From positions 1,248,001 to 1,312,000 of the forward strand of contig OZ239628.1 of assembly GCA_965195345.1 (NCBI GenBank): a stretch of 64,000 nucleotides of DNA. The letters are read 5' to 3'. Of the stretch, positions 32,516 through 43,405 are shown one piece after another. A program made the position numbers and the translations under genes. Source of the stretch: an uncultured Thiomicrospira sp. (GTDB lineage Bacteria > Pseudomonadota > Gammaproteobacteria > CAKMZV01). Position 1 is the stretch's first letter. Every line of letters begins with the position of its first letter. The notes beneath the pieces were generated by a model. That model was given only the letters and a program-made list of their open reading frames with translations, was not told where the DNA came from and searched no databases.

Positions 32516-33390
32516 TTTTCAGTAGTTTTCTTAGTAGAATTTATTATATTATTCATCCATTGATTTCGAGCATTGCGTGCAGTCGACATGATTTCATATA
32601 ATTTTTGTTTATTTTTATCTTTTATAGCTTCTTGAATATCATCAAGGCAAGCTTTGAACCCTTCAATCGCCTCAATAATTGCAGGTTCATTGGCAATAGC
32701 AATATCACGCCACATATCAGGATGACTGGACGCTGTGCGTGTTAAATCCCCAAAACCGCCTGCCGATAAATCCAAATAGTCTTGAGCGTCTTCCTTTTGG
32801 GCGACCAAATTAAACAAAGAAAATGCTATTACATGAGGCAAATGACTAACGTGTGCTAGTAGCAAATCGTGTTCCTTTGCATCCATATTAACAACTATAC
32901 CGCCAATAGATGACCACATTTCGTTGAGCACTTTTTGAGCACGTAATGATTGATTCTGATGGGGTGTCACAATTACTTTTGCGCCAACAAACAAATCACT
33001 ACTCGCAGCCTCAAGACCACTTTTTTCTTTGCCAGCTACTGGATGAGAAGGAATGAAATTATCAGGAATTTTTCCAAAAACGGACTTAGCATCTCTAAAA
33101 ACAGATAATTTGGTACTGCCAACATCGGTGCACACCCAAGTATCGCTCCAACAATTTTTCAGATCGGTAAGCAAAGAATGAAAAGTGCCAACTGGTGTGG
33201 CTAATACTACTATATCTGCTCCGTGTACTGCCTCAGCGAGGTTGCTCGATCCTTGGTTAATAATCTGCAAATCCATTGCTTTCTTTATCGTCTCTTCTCT
33301 TCCGTAGCCAGAGACAATCATGCCATTCTTCTTTAATGAAAGTGCCAAAGATCCACCAATCATGCCAACACCCAAAATTGCAGTTTTCAT
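32512..33390 (-). CDS. tyrA: Prephenate/arogenate dehydrogenase
   Basis: [25 protein letters not shown]....VSHLPH. Confidence 0.92.
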   Translation of the reverse strand: MKTAILGVGMIGGSLALSLKKNGMIVSGYGREETIKKAMDLQIINQGSSNLAEAVHGADIVVLATPVGTFHSLLTDLKNCWSDTWVCTDVGSTKLSVFRDAKSVFGKIPDNFIPSHPVAGKEKSGLEAASSDLFVGAKVIVTPHQNQSLRAQKVLNEMWSSIGGIVVNMDAKEHDLLLAHVSHLPHVIAFSLFNLVAQKEDAQDYLDLSAGGFGDLTRTASSHPDMWRDIAIANEPAIIEAIEGFKACLDDIQEAIKDKNKQKLYEIMSTARNARNQWMNNIINSTKKTTEK

Positions 33391-34484
33391 AATAAGCCTT
33401 CAAGAGCATTGAAAAAAAAAGTATTCTCTTCGGGAGTTCCGATTGACACTCTAAGATGATGCGAAAGCCCATAACCTGAAATATCTCGCACAATCACACC
33501 TTTTTCAAGCAAACATTGATTAATTTCTTTTGCTTGGTTTGGGAAATGAATGCACAGAAAATTGGCTTTAGACGGTATCCATTCAATATTTAGTGTTGCT
33601 AATCTTTCCTCAAATTCCTTCTTTATCTGATGAAATTCATGGGTTGTTTTTTGTATCCACTCTTGATCTTTTAGTGCCATTTCAGCAGCATTAAGAGCTA
33701 ATGTATTTACATTGAATGGTTGTCGAACGCGGTTTAAAACATCTGTTATTTCTGGAGAAGATAATCCATAACCGACCCGCAACCCAGCTAAAGCATAGGC
33801 TTTTGAAAAAGTTCTTGTTATTATTAAATTAGGAAATTCCTCAAGCCATACGGTACTGTCAGTGTAATCATTCGCGTCCAAATACTCTATATACGCTTCA
33901 TCAAGTACGACTACAATATCATCAGGTACTTGTCGTAAAAACCGTAAAATCTTATCAGATGAAACAAATGTACCTGTTGGATTATTAGGATTTGCAATAA
34001 AGACAACGCTTGTGGTTTCGTCGATAGATTGAGCACAACGCTCTAGATCATAACCAAAATTCGTAGCAGGAACAACCTGCAAATGAGCTCCCATGCTTTG
34101 AGAAGAAATTGCATATACTACAAACGCATGTTGAGAGAATAATGCCGACTTCCCTTCTCGAAGAAAAGTCCGTGCAATGAGATCAAGTACATCATTTGAA
34201 CCATTACCAAGCGTGATTTGTTGAGGTGATACTTTATGAAATGAGGCAATAACTTGTTTCAAACGATAACCATTGCCATCAGGATAACGCAACAAATCCT
34301 CAGAATTTGCAGTGAGTGTTTCTAAAATTCTTGGAGACGGTCCAAAAGGATTTTCATTAGAGGCCAGCTTAACAATCTTCTCGATGCCATACTCTCTCTT
34401 AATTTCAGATATAGGACGCCCTGGCTGATATGCTTGTAATGATCGAATTCCCGTGCCTATATTTCGGTTTGTCATCTCATCCAT
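33387..34484 (-). CDS. hisC: Histidinol-phosphate/aromatic aminotransferase
   Basis: KLASNENP, NPNNPTG, DEAY, RTFSKAYALAGLRVGY. Confidence 0.93.
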   Translation of the reverse strand: MDEMTNRNIGTGIRSLQAYQPGRPISEIKREYGIEKIVKLASNENPFGPSPRILETLTANSEDLLRYPDGNGYRLKQVIASFHKVSPQQITLGNGSNDVLDLIARTFLREGKSALFSQHAFVVYAISSQSMGAHLQVVPATNFGYDLERCAQSIDETTSVVFIANPNNPTGTFVSSDKILRFLRQVPDDIVVVLDEAYIEYLDANDYTDSTVWLEEFPNLIITRTFSKAYALAGLRVGYGLSSPEITDVLNRVRQPFNVNTLALNAAEMALKDQEWIQKTTHEFHQIKKEFEERLATLNIEWIPSKANFLCIHFPNQAKEINQCLLEKGVIVRDISGYGLSHHLRVSIGTPEENTFFFNALEGLL

Positions 34485-34491
34485 TGTAGCG

Positions 34492-35586
34492 TTAGTTTGC
34501 TCGTGGAAAAGACCCCAAAACCCTTACCAATTCTACGTTGGTTTTAATCTTTTCCAATACAAGTTTAAGTGCCTCTTCTTGTGCATGCCCATCAACTTCA
34601 ATATAAAAAATATAGTCCCACAGAGCCTGATGCGATGGTCGAGAACTGATGCTGCTCAAGCTTATGCCTTCGTTAGCAAATGGCTGTAAAATATTAAAAA
34701 GCGTGCCCGGTTGATTTTTCACCGCAATAAGCAATGCCGTACGATCGTTACCACTAATGCCCGAATCACAATCCCCAATAACAAGAAAACGTGTGCGATT
34801 ATCTAAAGCATCTTGAATGCGACGCTGCACAATAGGCACTTCATAATGAATTGATGCCTGTTCAGAAGCAATAGCAGCATAACCACTGCCCTTCTCTTTA
34901 ACCAATTTTACAGCACCAGCATTGGAGTCCATATTTTGCAGATGAGCATCAGGAAATCGCTCTAACCATCGACGGCATTGACCAATTGTTTGTTCGTGCG
35001 CAACAATTGTATGGATCTTACTAAAATCATTCCCGTCAAAACTCATAAAACAATGCTCAATTGGCAGCATTAGCTCAAGACATACTTTTATATTTTCGTA
35101 TTTTATTAATGCATCGATCGTTTGATGCACTGTCCCTTCATAAGAATTTTCAATGGGAACCACGCCGAAATGACAACGCTTTTTAGTTACTTCATCAAAT
35201 ATTGCATTGATGTTTTTCAATGAAACAAATTCATTGGATTGACCGAAATATTGTTGACTAACTTGGTGCGTATAGGTTTCTTCAGGACCTAAATAAGCAA
35301 TTATTTGCTGTTGTTCCAAAGACAAACAAGCCGCTATTATTTCGCGATAGATCGCTTTTATAGACGCGTCTGTGAAATTTAAACCATACTCCTTTTTCAA
35401 TTGCAACAATCTGCGAATAATTTGAGATTCTCTCTCAGGTCTGAAATATTGAATTCCTTCTGGTGGGGCTGATACTTTTTTGATACTTGCTACTTGCTCT
35501 GCCAATTGTGCGCGTTGAACAAGCAACTTAAGCACTGCATCATCAGTTGCATCAATCTTTTCACGTAATTTATTCAAGCTATTCAT
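34492..35586 (-). CDS. pheA: Chorismate mutase / prephenate dehydratase (P-protein)
   Basis: LR.KID..D, RPERE, VPIENS.EG, NRTRF, ACT domain SRP. Confidence 0.95.
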   Translation of the reverse strand: MNSLNKLREKIDATDDAVLKLLVQRAQLAEQVASIKKVSAPPEGIQYFRPERESQIIRRLLQLKKEYGLNFTDASIKAIYREIIAACLSLEQQQIIAYLGPEETYTHQVSQQYFGQSNEFVSLKNINAIFDEVTKKRCHFGVVPIENSYEGTVHQTIDALIKYENIKVCLELMLPIEHCFMSFDGNDFSKIHTIVAHEQTIGQCRRWLERFPDAHLQNMDSNAGAVKLVKEKGSGYAAIASEQASIHYEVPIVQRRIQDALDNRTRFLVIGDCDSGISGNDRTALLIAVKNQPGTLFNILQPFANEGISLSSISSRPSHQALWDYIFYIEVDGHAQEEALKLVLEKIKTNVELVRVLGSFPRAN

Positions 35587-36766
35587 CTTTGTACATACAA
35601 TACCGAGCAGAGCGAATACCGTCTATTAACAAAAAATTCATAATCATCTCATCAAGATCGTTTTTTTCCTTATCCTCTATATCAACAATTGTATAGGCAA
35701 CGTCATTGTTAGACTTGTTTAATAGATCTTTGATATTTATGCTTCTCTGCGCTAACTCACCAGTTATTTTTTCAATCATGCCAGGTTTATTGTCATTCGC
35801 GATAACTATTCGCACTTCAAAGTCATCCTGCAAAATAACTTCAGGGAAATTAACAGCATTGGTGACGTTGCCTCTAACAAGAAACTCATTGAGTTGAGAT
35901 GCAACTAAAACAGCACAATTCTCTTCTGCTTCTTTCGTTGATGCTCCTAAGTGAGGCAAAGCAATCACATTATCAAGGTTAGAAACTCTTTCACTTGGAA
36001 AATCAGTCACATAACAACGAACCTTTCCTTGTTCAAGACCACTGATGATAGCATCTTCCTCGACAACTTCTGCCCTAGATAGGTTTATGATTATTTTACC
36101 TTCTGGCAATTTTTTCAACGATTCTGTATTAAATAAATTGCATGTAGAGTCTATCAACGGAACATGGAAGGTAATGAAATCGCACGACTTATAAATATCT
36201 TCCATCGTATTCACTCGAGTAATATTGGAATTAAGTTTCCACGCATTTTTCACCGTGATTTTAGGGTCAAATCCTGCGACCTTCATCCCTAAGGAACAAG
36301 CAGCGTTTGCCACTTCCACCCCTACAGCACCCAGTCCAATAATTCCCAATTTTTTTCCTGCGAGTTCGAAACCTGCAAACTGTTTTTTTCCAGCCTCCAC
36401 TGCTTCGTTCAACGATTCACCATTCATTGTTAAACCTCGAGTGAAATCGTATGCTTGGCAAATATTGCGAGCCGCTAAAAGCATACCCGCTATAGTTAAC
36501 TCTTTAACCGCATTCGCATTTGCTCCTGGCGCGTTGAATACTGGTATACCCCGCTCTGTTAGCATTTCAACCGGAATGTTGTTATATCCTGCTCCAGCAC
36601 GACCTACTGCTTTTAAACTTGAACCAAATTCCATGTCATGCATTTTAAATGATCGAACCATAATGGCATCAGGGTTGTCATGTCGAGTAACCGCTTTACA
36701 AAAATTTTTGTCAAACCGATTCAAACCTGCTCGTGCTATATTATTTAAAGTCAAAATGCTGTACAT
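35579..36766 (-). CDS. serA: D-3-phosphoglycerate dehydrogenase with ACT domain
   Basis: RAGAGYNNIP, NAPGANANAVKEL, PHLGAST.EAEENCA. Confidence 0.92.
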   Translation of the reverse strand: MYSILTLNNIARAGLNRFDKNFCKAVTRHDNPDAIMVRSFKMHDMEFGSSLKAVGRAGAGYNNIPVEMLTERGIPVFNAPGANANAVKELTIAGMLLAARNICQAYDFTRGLTMNGESLNEAVEAGKKQFAGFELAGKKLGIIGLGAVGVEVANAACSLGMKVAGFDPKITVKNAWKLNSNITRVNTMEDIYKSCDFITFHVPLIDSTCNLFNTESLKKLPEGKIIINLSRAEVVEEDAIISGLEQGKVRCYVTDFPSERVSNLDNVIALPHLGASTKEAEENCAVLVASQLNEFLVRGNVTNAVNFPEVILQDDFEVRIVIANDNKPGMIEKITGELAQRSINIKDLLNKSNNDVAYTIVDIEDKEKNDLDEMIMNFLLIDGIRSARYCMYKDE

Positions 36767-36768
36767 TA

Positions 36769-37863
36769 TTATCCGTGTTGCTTGGCAAACTCTGCCATAA
36801 ATTCAATAAGTTTCTCAACACCAGCAAGTGGCATAGAATTGTAAATACTTGCTCGCATTCCACCGATCACCCTATGTCCTTTCAAATTGGTTAAGCCTTC
36901 AGTTTCAGCACGTTCTAAAAACCGTGTCTCCAGTGCACTCTCTCGTAATGTAAAAGGTATATTCATCCAAGATCTTGAACCTTTCTCTATAGGGTTGTTA
37001 TAGAACTCATTATCGTCAATAAATGCATAAAGAATTTCTGCTTTCTGCTTATTAATCTCACCCATGGCTTTCAACCCACCTTGGGCTTTCAGCCATGCAA
37101 AAACCTCCCCTGCCACGTACCAAGAAAAGGTAGCTGGTGTATTAAACATGGAATGATTTTCGCTTTGTTTTTTCCAGTTAAAAATAGTTGGTAAATCTGC
37201 ATCCAAACCATTTATCAAATCCTTCCGAACAATCAAAATAACCATTCCTGCGGGGGCAATGTTTTTCTGCGCTCCAGCATAAATAACGCCAAATTGACTT
37301 ACATCAATGGGTCGAGATAACAGCGTTGAAGAAAAATCAGCAACTAACGGCGTTATTCCACTGGCAGGAATATAGGAAAATTCAACCCCTGTTATTGTTT
37401 CATTAGGCGTGTAGTGCAGATATGCATACTCCTCTTCAAACTGCCATTCCTCAGGTTTTGGTACTCGAAAGTCAGCGGAAGTATCGGATAACACATCAAC
37501 ATCAATATATCGTTTACCTTCAGTTATTGCTTTCTCACCCCAATGCCCTGTTTTAATATACGCAGCTTTGCCTGCTCTATAGCGTAGATTCAAGGGAATA
37601 GCCGAAAATTGTCCCGATGCGCCCCCTTGTAAAAAAAGAACTTCGTAGTTTTCAGGAATGCTTAGTAATTCCCGTAAATTTTTCTCACACAGAGCAGTCA
37701 TTTCCATGAACGCAGCAGATCGATGGCTCACTTCCATAGACGACATGCCACTGCCTTGCCAATTAAGCAAGTCGTGCTGAACTTTCTCCAGCACTGCTTG
37801 AGGCAATTGAGCAGGACCGGGACTAAAATTATAAACTCTTTTCATTTCATTAGATTTATTCAT
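36769..37863 (-). CDS. serC: Phosphoserine aminotransferase
   Basis: NFSPGPA.LP, E.SHRS, YAGAQKN, GHR..GGMRASIYN. Confidence 0.97.
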   Translation of the reverse strand: MNKSNEMKRVYNFSPGPAQLPQAVLEKVQHDLLNWQGSGMSSMEVSHRSAAFMEMTALCEKNLRELLSIPENYEVLFLQGGASGQFSAIPLNLRYRAGKAAYIKTGHWGEKAITEGKRYIDVDVLSDTSADFRVPKPEEWQFEEEYAYLHYTPNETITGVEFSYIPASGITPLVADFSSTLLSRPIDVSQFGVIYAGAQKNIAPAGMVILIVRKDLINGLDADLPTIFNWKKQSENHSMFNTPATFSWYVAGEVFAWLKAQGGLKAMGEINKQKAEILYAFIDDNEFYNNPIEKGSRSWMNIPFTLRESALETRFLERAETEGLTNLKGHRVIGGMRASIYNSMPLAGVEKLIEFMAEFAKQHG

Positions 37864-37894
37864 AGTATTTGGCTATTAAAAGCCATAAATTATC

Positions 37895-37940
37895 ACCCTA
37901 ACTATTTGAAGCAATTGAAACGCTTCAAATAGTTAAGGGT
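37895..37940. terminator. Long inverted repeat between gyrA and serC (terminator or mRNA-stabilising hairpin)
   Basis: accct-aactatttgaagc / gcttcaaatagttaagggt with a 9-nt loop. Confidence 0.65.
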
Positions 37941-37954
37941 AAACTTGATTTGTA

Positions 37955-40669
37955 CTAATCTTCTGAATGTATATCTGATGCTTTTTCAGCCAATACGTCG
38001 TCTGATTCGGAATGTTCGTCTTGCACATTAGAATCTAAAGTTTCCGTTTCGTGAGAGCTATCCTCTCCTAATCTGTCATGACTTAAGATTTCTTCACCTA
38101 CCTCATCTTCGCCCAATTCTTCTTCTGGACAAATACGTGCAATTCCAGCAAGTGACTCTTTATCGTCAAGACGAATAAGACGCACACCCATCGTGTTTCT
38201 ACCGCTGCTGGAAATCTCATGAACGCCAATGCGCACCATAGTACCCCCATCAGAAATCAACATTACTTCGTCTTCTTCGCGTACCATAACCGCTGCCGCC
38301 ACCTGTCCGTTACGCTCTCCTGTTTTAATTGAAATAACCCCTTTACCGCCACGTCTCTTAACAGGATAATCAGTTACAAGCGTGCGTTTACCGTACCCCA
38401 TGACCGTTGCCGTTAATACCTGAGCATCTTCTTCGGCAATCATCATGGTCATCACCATGTCCTTTTTATCAACGCGCATACCAATCACACCCTTGGCAGT
38501 TCTACCCATAGAGCGCACATCTGATTCTTTAAAGCGCACTGCTTTACCAGTATTAGAAAACAGAAGTATATCTTTAGAACCATCCGTTAAAGCCGCACCA
38601 ATCATCTCATCCCCTTCATTCAAACTAAGGGCAATAATGCCATTAGCACGTTGATTTGAATAGCTGGTGAGTGGGGTTTTTTTGATAATCCCACATTTGG
38701 TCGACATGACAATGTAATGTTCGGGGTCATAGTTTTTTATAGGAAGGACAGCCGTAATAATCTCCTGCCCATCCAATGGCAACAAATTAACAATCGGTTT
38801 GCCTCTAGCTTGTCGAGAGCCTACTGGAACTTCATATACTTTCTTCCAATACACCTTCCCAGCAGATGAAAAACACAGTAATGTATCGTGTGAATTAGCA
38901 ACAAACATTTGTGACAACACATCTTCTTCTTTGGTTGCCGCTGCCATACGTCCCCTACCCCCACGATGTTGGGCTTGATATTCATCCAACGCCTGCGTTT
39001 TAATGTAACCCAAGTGAGAAATTGTAACAACACGCTGCTCAATAGGAATTAAATCCTCTACACTAAGATCTTGAAAATGCTTGCTAATTCGAGAGCGTCT
39101 TGGAGATTGATATTTTTCACGTATCTCAATCAACTCATCGCGAATCACTTGGAGTAATTTGTCTGAATCACGAAGAATTTCTAATAATTTAGCAATAACA
39201 TCAAGCAAAGTTTTAAATTCCTCATGAATCTTTTCTTGCTCTAAACCTGTTAAACGATTCAACCGCAAATCCAAAATGGCTTGAACTTGTATTTCACTTA
39301 ATTGATACTCATCGCCCGACTGTAAACCTACCCCTTCTGGCAAATCTTGAGGACGCGATTGATCAAACCCTTCATCATTGATCAACTGTTTAACGAAACC
39401 TATAGACCACTTCCTATCAAGCAACGCTTGCTTAGCAGTCGCTGGGGATTTTGAATGCCGAATAATCTCAATCATATCGTCAATATTCGCCAATGCAATT
39501 GCCAGACCCTCTAATATATGTGCACGGTTGCGTGCTTTCGCCAAATCAAACAATGATCTACGTGTAACAACATCTGCTCGATGCGCCAAAAAGGCTTCGA
39601 GTATTTGTTTTAAATTCAATAGCCGAGGCTGCCCACCTGATAAAGCGACCATGTTGATGCCAAAAACGCTTTGCATCGCAGTCATTTTATAAAGTTGATT
39701 GAGCACTACTTCTGGTACTTCCCCGCGTTTAAGCTCAATCACCATGCGCATGCCTTGCTTATCTGATTCGTCTCGCAATCCACTAATGGATTCAACCTTT
39801 TTATCTTTAACTAACTCAGCAATGCGTTCAATAAGCCGCGCTTTGTTTACTGCATAAGGTAATTCAGTAACAATAATTGACTGTCTATCACCCTCGCGCG
39901 TTTCAAAATGTGCTTTAGCCCTAGTGTAAACTTTTCCTCGTCCAGTATGATAGGCTTCATGAATACCAGATACTCCATTTATTTCACCGTACGTTGGGAA
40001 ATCAGGTCCAGGAAGAACTTCTATAAGTTCATCAATAGTGGTATCAGGATTGTTTGACAACAACAATGCTGCATCTATAACTTCGGCTAAATTATGTGGA
40101 GGAATGTTAGTTGCCATGCCAACAGCAATGCCACTTGAACCATTTACTAACAGATTGGGTACGCGCGTGGGCAATACGGCAGGTTCTGATTCGGATTCAT
40201 CGTAATTGGGTATAAAGTCGACAGTGTCTTTATCAATATCAATTAACAAGTCATGCGCAATACGCGCCATGCGAATTTCCGTATATCGCATAGCCGCTGC
40301 TGCGTCCCCATCAACCGAGCCAAAGTTACCCTGTCCATCGACAAGCATATTACGCATAGAGAAAGGTTGTGCCATACGAACAATAGCGTCATAAACTGCA
40401 GAATCTCCATGAGGATGGTACTTACCGATGACATCACCAACAATCCGTGCAGATTTCTTATAAGAGGTGTTGTAGCCATTGCCAAGCTCATTCATCGCAA
40501 ACAAAATACGTCGATGAACGGGTTTTAATCCATCACGCACGTCAGGCAAAGCTCTACCGACAATCACGCTCATAGCATAGTCAAGATATGAGTTTTTCAT
40601 TTCTTCTTCGAGAGAAGCAGCAATAATATGATCGTTCAAAATAGTTGATTCGGACGTTGAGTCAGACAT
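37955..40669 (-). CDS. gyrA: DNA gyrase subunit A
   Basis: [19 protein letters not shown], GyrA-box QHRGGRG, acidic C-tail. Confidence 0.98.
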   Translation of the reverse strand: MSDSTSESTILNDHIIAASLEEEMKNSYLDYAMSVIVGRALPDVRDGLKPVHRRILFAMNELGNGYNTSYKKSARIVGDVIGKYHPHGDSAVYDAIVRMAQPFSMRNMLVDGQGNFGSVDGDAAAAMRYTEIRMARIAHDLLIDIDKDTVDFIPNYDESESEPAVLPTRVPNLLVNGSSGIAVGMATNIPPHNLAEVIDAALLLSNNPDTTIDELIEVLPGPDFPTYGEINGVSGIHEAYHTGRGKVYTRAKAHFETREGDRQSIIVTELPYAVNKARLIERIAELVKDKKVESISGLRDESDKQGMRMVIELKRGEVPEVVLNQLYKMTAMQSVFGINMVALSGGQPRLLNLKQILEAFLAHRADVVTRRSLFDLAKARNRAHILEGLAIALANIDDMIEIIRHSKSPATAKQALLDRKWSIGFVKQLINDEGFDQSRPQDLPEGVGLQSGDEYQLSEIQVQAILDLRLNRLTGLEQEKIHEEFKTLLDVIAKLLEILRDSDKLLQVIRDELIEIREKYQSPRRSRISKHFQDLSVEDLIPIEQRVVTISHLGYIKTQALDEYQAQHRGGRGRMAAATKEEDVLSQMFVANSHDTLLCFSSAGKVYWKKVYEVPVGSRQARGKPIVNLLPLDGQEIITAVLPIKNYDPEHYIVMSTKCGIIKKTPLTSYSNQRANGIIALSLNEGDEMIGAALTDGSKDILLFSNTGKAVRFKESDVRSMGRTAKGVIGMRVDKKDMVMTMMIAEEDAQVLTATVMGYGKRTLVTDYPVKRRGGKGVISIKTGERNGQVAAAVMVREEDEVMLISDGGTMVRIGVHEISSSGRNTMGVRLIRLDDKESLAGIARICPEEELGEDEVGEEILSHDRLGEDSSHETETLDSNVQDEHSESDDVLAEKASDIHSED

Positions 40670-40709
40670 AATGTTATTTGATTTGTTATGCGAAAAAAAT
40701 TGAAAGCAT

Positions 40710-40715
40710 ATTATA
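40710..40715 (-). promoter_or_regulatory. Putative gyrA -10 element (TATAAT)
   Basis: Perfect TATAAT on the minus strand about 40 bp upstream of the gyrA ATG; no good -35 at 17-bp spacing. Confidence 0.4.
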
Positions 40716-40794
40716 CTGCACTTGGCATGCTTTCTCTTTTCAAAACAAAGGTTCTTGAAAGAGAAATTAGGTAGAATGCAACACCTAAAAATTA

Positions 40795-40882
40795 GGTGAG
40801 ATGTCCGAGTGGTTTAAGGAGCACGCCTGGAACGCGTGTATGGGGAAACTCATCGAGGGTTCGAATCCCTCTCTCACCGCCA
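40795..40882 (+). tRNA. tRNA-Ser(GGA)
   Basis: GGTGAGA/TCTCACC acceptor stem, anticodon stem CACGC-CTGGAAC-GCGTG, long variable arm, GGTTCGAATCC, encoded CCA. Confidence 0.96.
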
Positions 40883-41495
40883 ATAAAGTGTTTGCTGTGC
40901 TACCGCCAAATTTAACGATTCGCCAGCCCTCTGCTTCTCTGTTAATAACATTTCTGGCTATTTAGTACTAATAGCAAACGTATTTGGGTATAGTTTGCAT
41001 CATTTATTAGAAAGCCTTAATCATGGCCATGCCGACTGAGTAGTCGGCGACATCATTGGCGGTCATCGCCTTATCTCAGCTTTGGATAACCATATTGAAG
41101 TCAGAATGTGGCTGCTTATAGCACATAAACCATTGTTCTCTAACTATCGTCTCTCCAATAGGCACTGGATACTGTTGATACTGATCAGCAAAGATATAGG
41201 CCCCTAAGTTATTTTTAGTTCCTCTTAATGTTTGCAAGCTTTCACGAGCAGAATTTAATGGTTCGCCTGCTGACGTTTATAAATACCTTCATTCCTTAGT
41301 GTCATCACTTCATTTTTTTCAGCAATGACAGGCAATGCTAATGGCATATACCGGCTACCGCCCTCTTTTCCTTGGCTTTCAGATAACCGGCTAAATCCAT
41401 CTCATGAACGCGTTGCATAACCATAATAATCTCCCCCCATGTTCTTATTGTTAAACGTTGTTATACGTTCTCATCAAACCATCGATTACAATTCT

Positions 41496-41705
41496 CTAAC
41501 CGTTTATGGTTGGCATATGGGAGGCAGTCCACTGCACAGCATTCTCCGCAAGGACTTGGCGAACTTTCATCGAGCACAGTGATTGGGGAAAATGAAATAG
41601 GTGGATATCTGTTTGTGGAGCCACTTTACACGTGACGCCTGTCAACGGCTCCGGAGCTAGCATGTTTTCCGATGAATAAACAGAAAGAGTGTCCAAATCT
41701 GTCAT
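41496..41705 (-). pseudogene. Glutathione S-transferase N-terminal fragment, decayed; remnants probably continue toward ~40900
   Basis: HLFHFPQSLCSMKVRQVLAE resembles GST N-terminal LYH...SLCS.KVR..LAE; ORF stops early and no long ORF follows. Confidence 0.55.
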
Positions 41706-41824
41706 CTCAGGTCCCCTTCTTTCGATTTCGTTTTATCTAATCATAACTAAATAGCCCATCCAGTCAAATCAGAGCTAGATCACGGTAAGAACGTTATGAA
41801 GCTTTTAATTAAGAGCTGCTCTGT

Positions 41825-42712
41825 TTAAGTTCGATTCGAAGCTATAAAACGCTCTATATCTGAGGCCACATGCATAGTTTCATGGTGAGGCTCCGCTTTA
41901 TGGCACATAGCGCAGAGTACAGAAAGGTTGGACTCGCTATTATCCCCCTTCACACCATTAATATGATGGACATGCAATCCTTTCTTCATCTGGCTCATAT
42001 TTACCCCGCATCTTGAGCATTCCCAGCCACATCGTTGACGAAGATCTGTCGATATTTTTGGAAAATAATCAGTGTAGCCACCCCGCGGCTGAGATGCTGC
42101 TGTATGCTTCGGTGTGCGCCTCATGACATTAAATGTGCCATCATTCTCACCTAAGTAAGTCTGTAATGAGAAGTTTTTGACAGCCTCCACTCGATCACCT
42201 TTAAGTTGTCTACAGTCAAAGTCGTGATATTGCAGCTTATCCAAACATCTTTGGCACGGGGCAAGCCTGATATTGTCTAGAACATGATACTCACCATATA
42301 ACGAAATTTGATCTGGCTCTCTCTCTCTTGCCTCTACCTGAAACAGCCCTGACTTAGATCTTGAGAGAACATAACGCTCAAATCTCCCTTTCTTTTCCAT
42401 CTTAACGAGGACATCACACCAAGTAAAGTGGAAGCGGGGGGCGCTCTGTTGAGGAATTTCTGCCTCCAGATCGAGCTTACTGTAATTGGAATTAAAAATG
42501 TAAAGAATCGCAAGAACATCACCTTTATAAGTTAAGAATGGCCCTACGGTCTTGATATCCTCTCGTTCAACTATGAGACCTTCATTTGTCTCTAGCTGAA
42601 CAACTACTCTCTCAAATTCGGACAGCGCAGCTCCAAATTCGAGCTGGACTAAATCGGCTCCTATACGAGCTCTGAGCGAATCAAGCCGATCAGAACTATC
42701 GGAAAGTTTCAC
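41825..42712 (-). CDS. zorE: HNH endonuclease, ZorE-like effector of Zorya type II
   Basis: C-terminal CSRC..LHVHHINGVKGDN...NL.VLCAMCH; overlaps the zorB end. Confidence 0.8.
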   Translation of the reverse strand: MKLSDSSDRLDSLRARIGADLVQLEFGAALSEFERVVVQLETNEGLIVEREDIKTVGPFLTYKGDVLAILYIFNSNYSKLDLEAEIPQQSAPRFHFTWCDVLVKMEKKGRFERYVLSRSKSGLFQVEAREREPDQISLYGEYHVLDNIRLAPCQRCLDKLQYHDFDCRQLKGDRVEAVKNFSLQTYLGENDGTFNVMRRTPKHTAASQPRGGYTDYFPKISTDLRQRCGWECSRCGVNMSQMKKGLHVHHINGVKGDNSESNLSVLCAMCHKAEPHHETMHVASDIERFIASNRT

Positions 42713-43394
42713 TACGTTTCAACTTGGTTACAAGGTTAAGAAGATCATCTTCTGCGCGAGTTTTCATTCTAAATTCAACTCTGCGGGACTTGTCATAAAG
42801 TTCAGCATTACCAGCTTTAATAAGATCACTCGACGACATCCCGTGAGCTGTCATACTTGAAAAACTCCAATCTAGATAGCCAGAATTTGATGCAATGCTA
42901 GGAATGTTCAAAGCATAGCTCATTACGTTTCTAGATCTATTTTGAGATAGCTCAGTGTTATATATGTAACCACTAAGTTTAGTGTCAACTCCTCTAACAT
43001 TAGAGTCGGTGTGCCCCTCGATTCTTAACTCACTTATAGATTCTTTGTAGTCCCATATCACCTCCATAAGCCGAGGCATAAAATTATTCAGCAAATTCCT
43101 AAAGCTCGGAGAGAGACTTGAGCTTGCGCTTTCAAAGCTCGAATCGCTCTCAAAGCGGATCAATAAGCCTCCCTCACATATTGTCATATTCCAACGATCT
43201 ATATCCTGAGAAAATTCAGCGAGTAGATCTCCACATATTTCATCTCGTATGTCACTTACTTCATTAAAATATTTACTAAGATTCTCAATATATATCACTG
43301 CAATAAACAGGAAAATCATCATTAAACCCGCCATCATATCCGCAGCAGAAATCCATGTATCGTCATCGTTAGAACTTTTAGATAGAAAATTCAT
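42696..43394 (-). CDS. zorB: ZorB (MotB/OmpA-like)
   Basis: W.S.ADMMAGLMMIFLFI TM with conserved Asp; IEGHTDS, N.ELSQ.R, SRRVEF OmpA-like domain. Confidence 0.85.
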   Translation of the reverse strand: MNFLSKSSNDDDTWISAADMMAGLMMIFLFIAVIYIENLSKYFNEVSDIRDEICGDLLAEFSQDIDRWNMTICEGGLLIRFESDSSFESASSSLSPSFRNLLNNFMPRLMEVIWDYKESISELRIEGHTDSNVRGVDTKLSGYIYNTELSQNRSRNVMSYALNIPSIASNSGYLDWSFSSMTAHGMSSSDLIKAGNAELYDKSRRVEFRMKTRAEDDLLNLVTKLKRSETFR

Positions 43395-43405
43395 ATATTG
43401 ACCTA

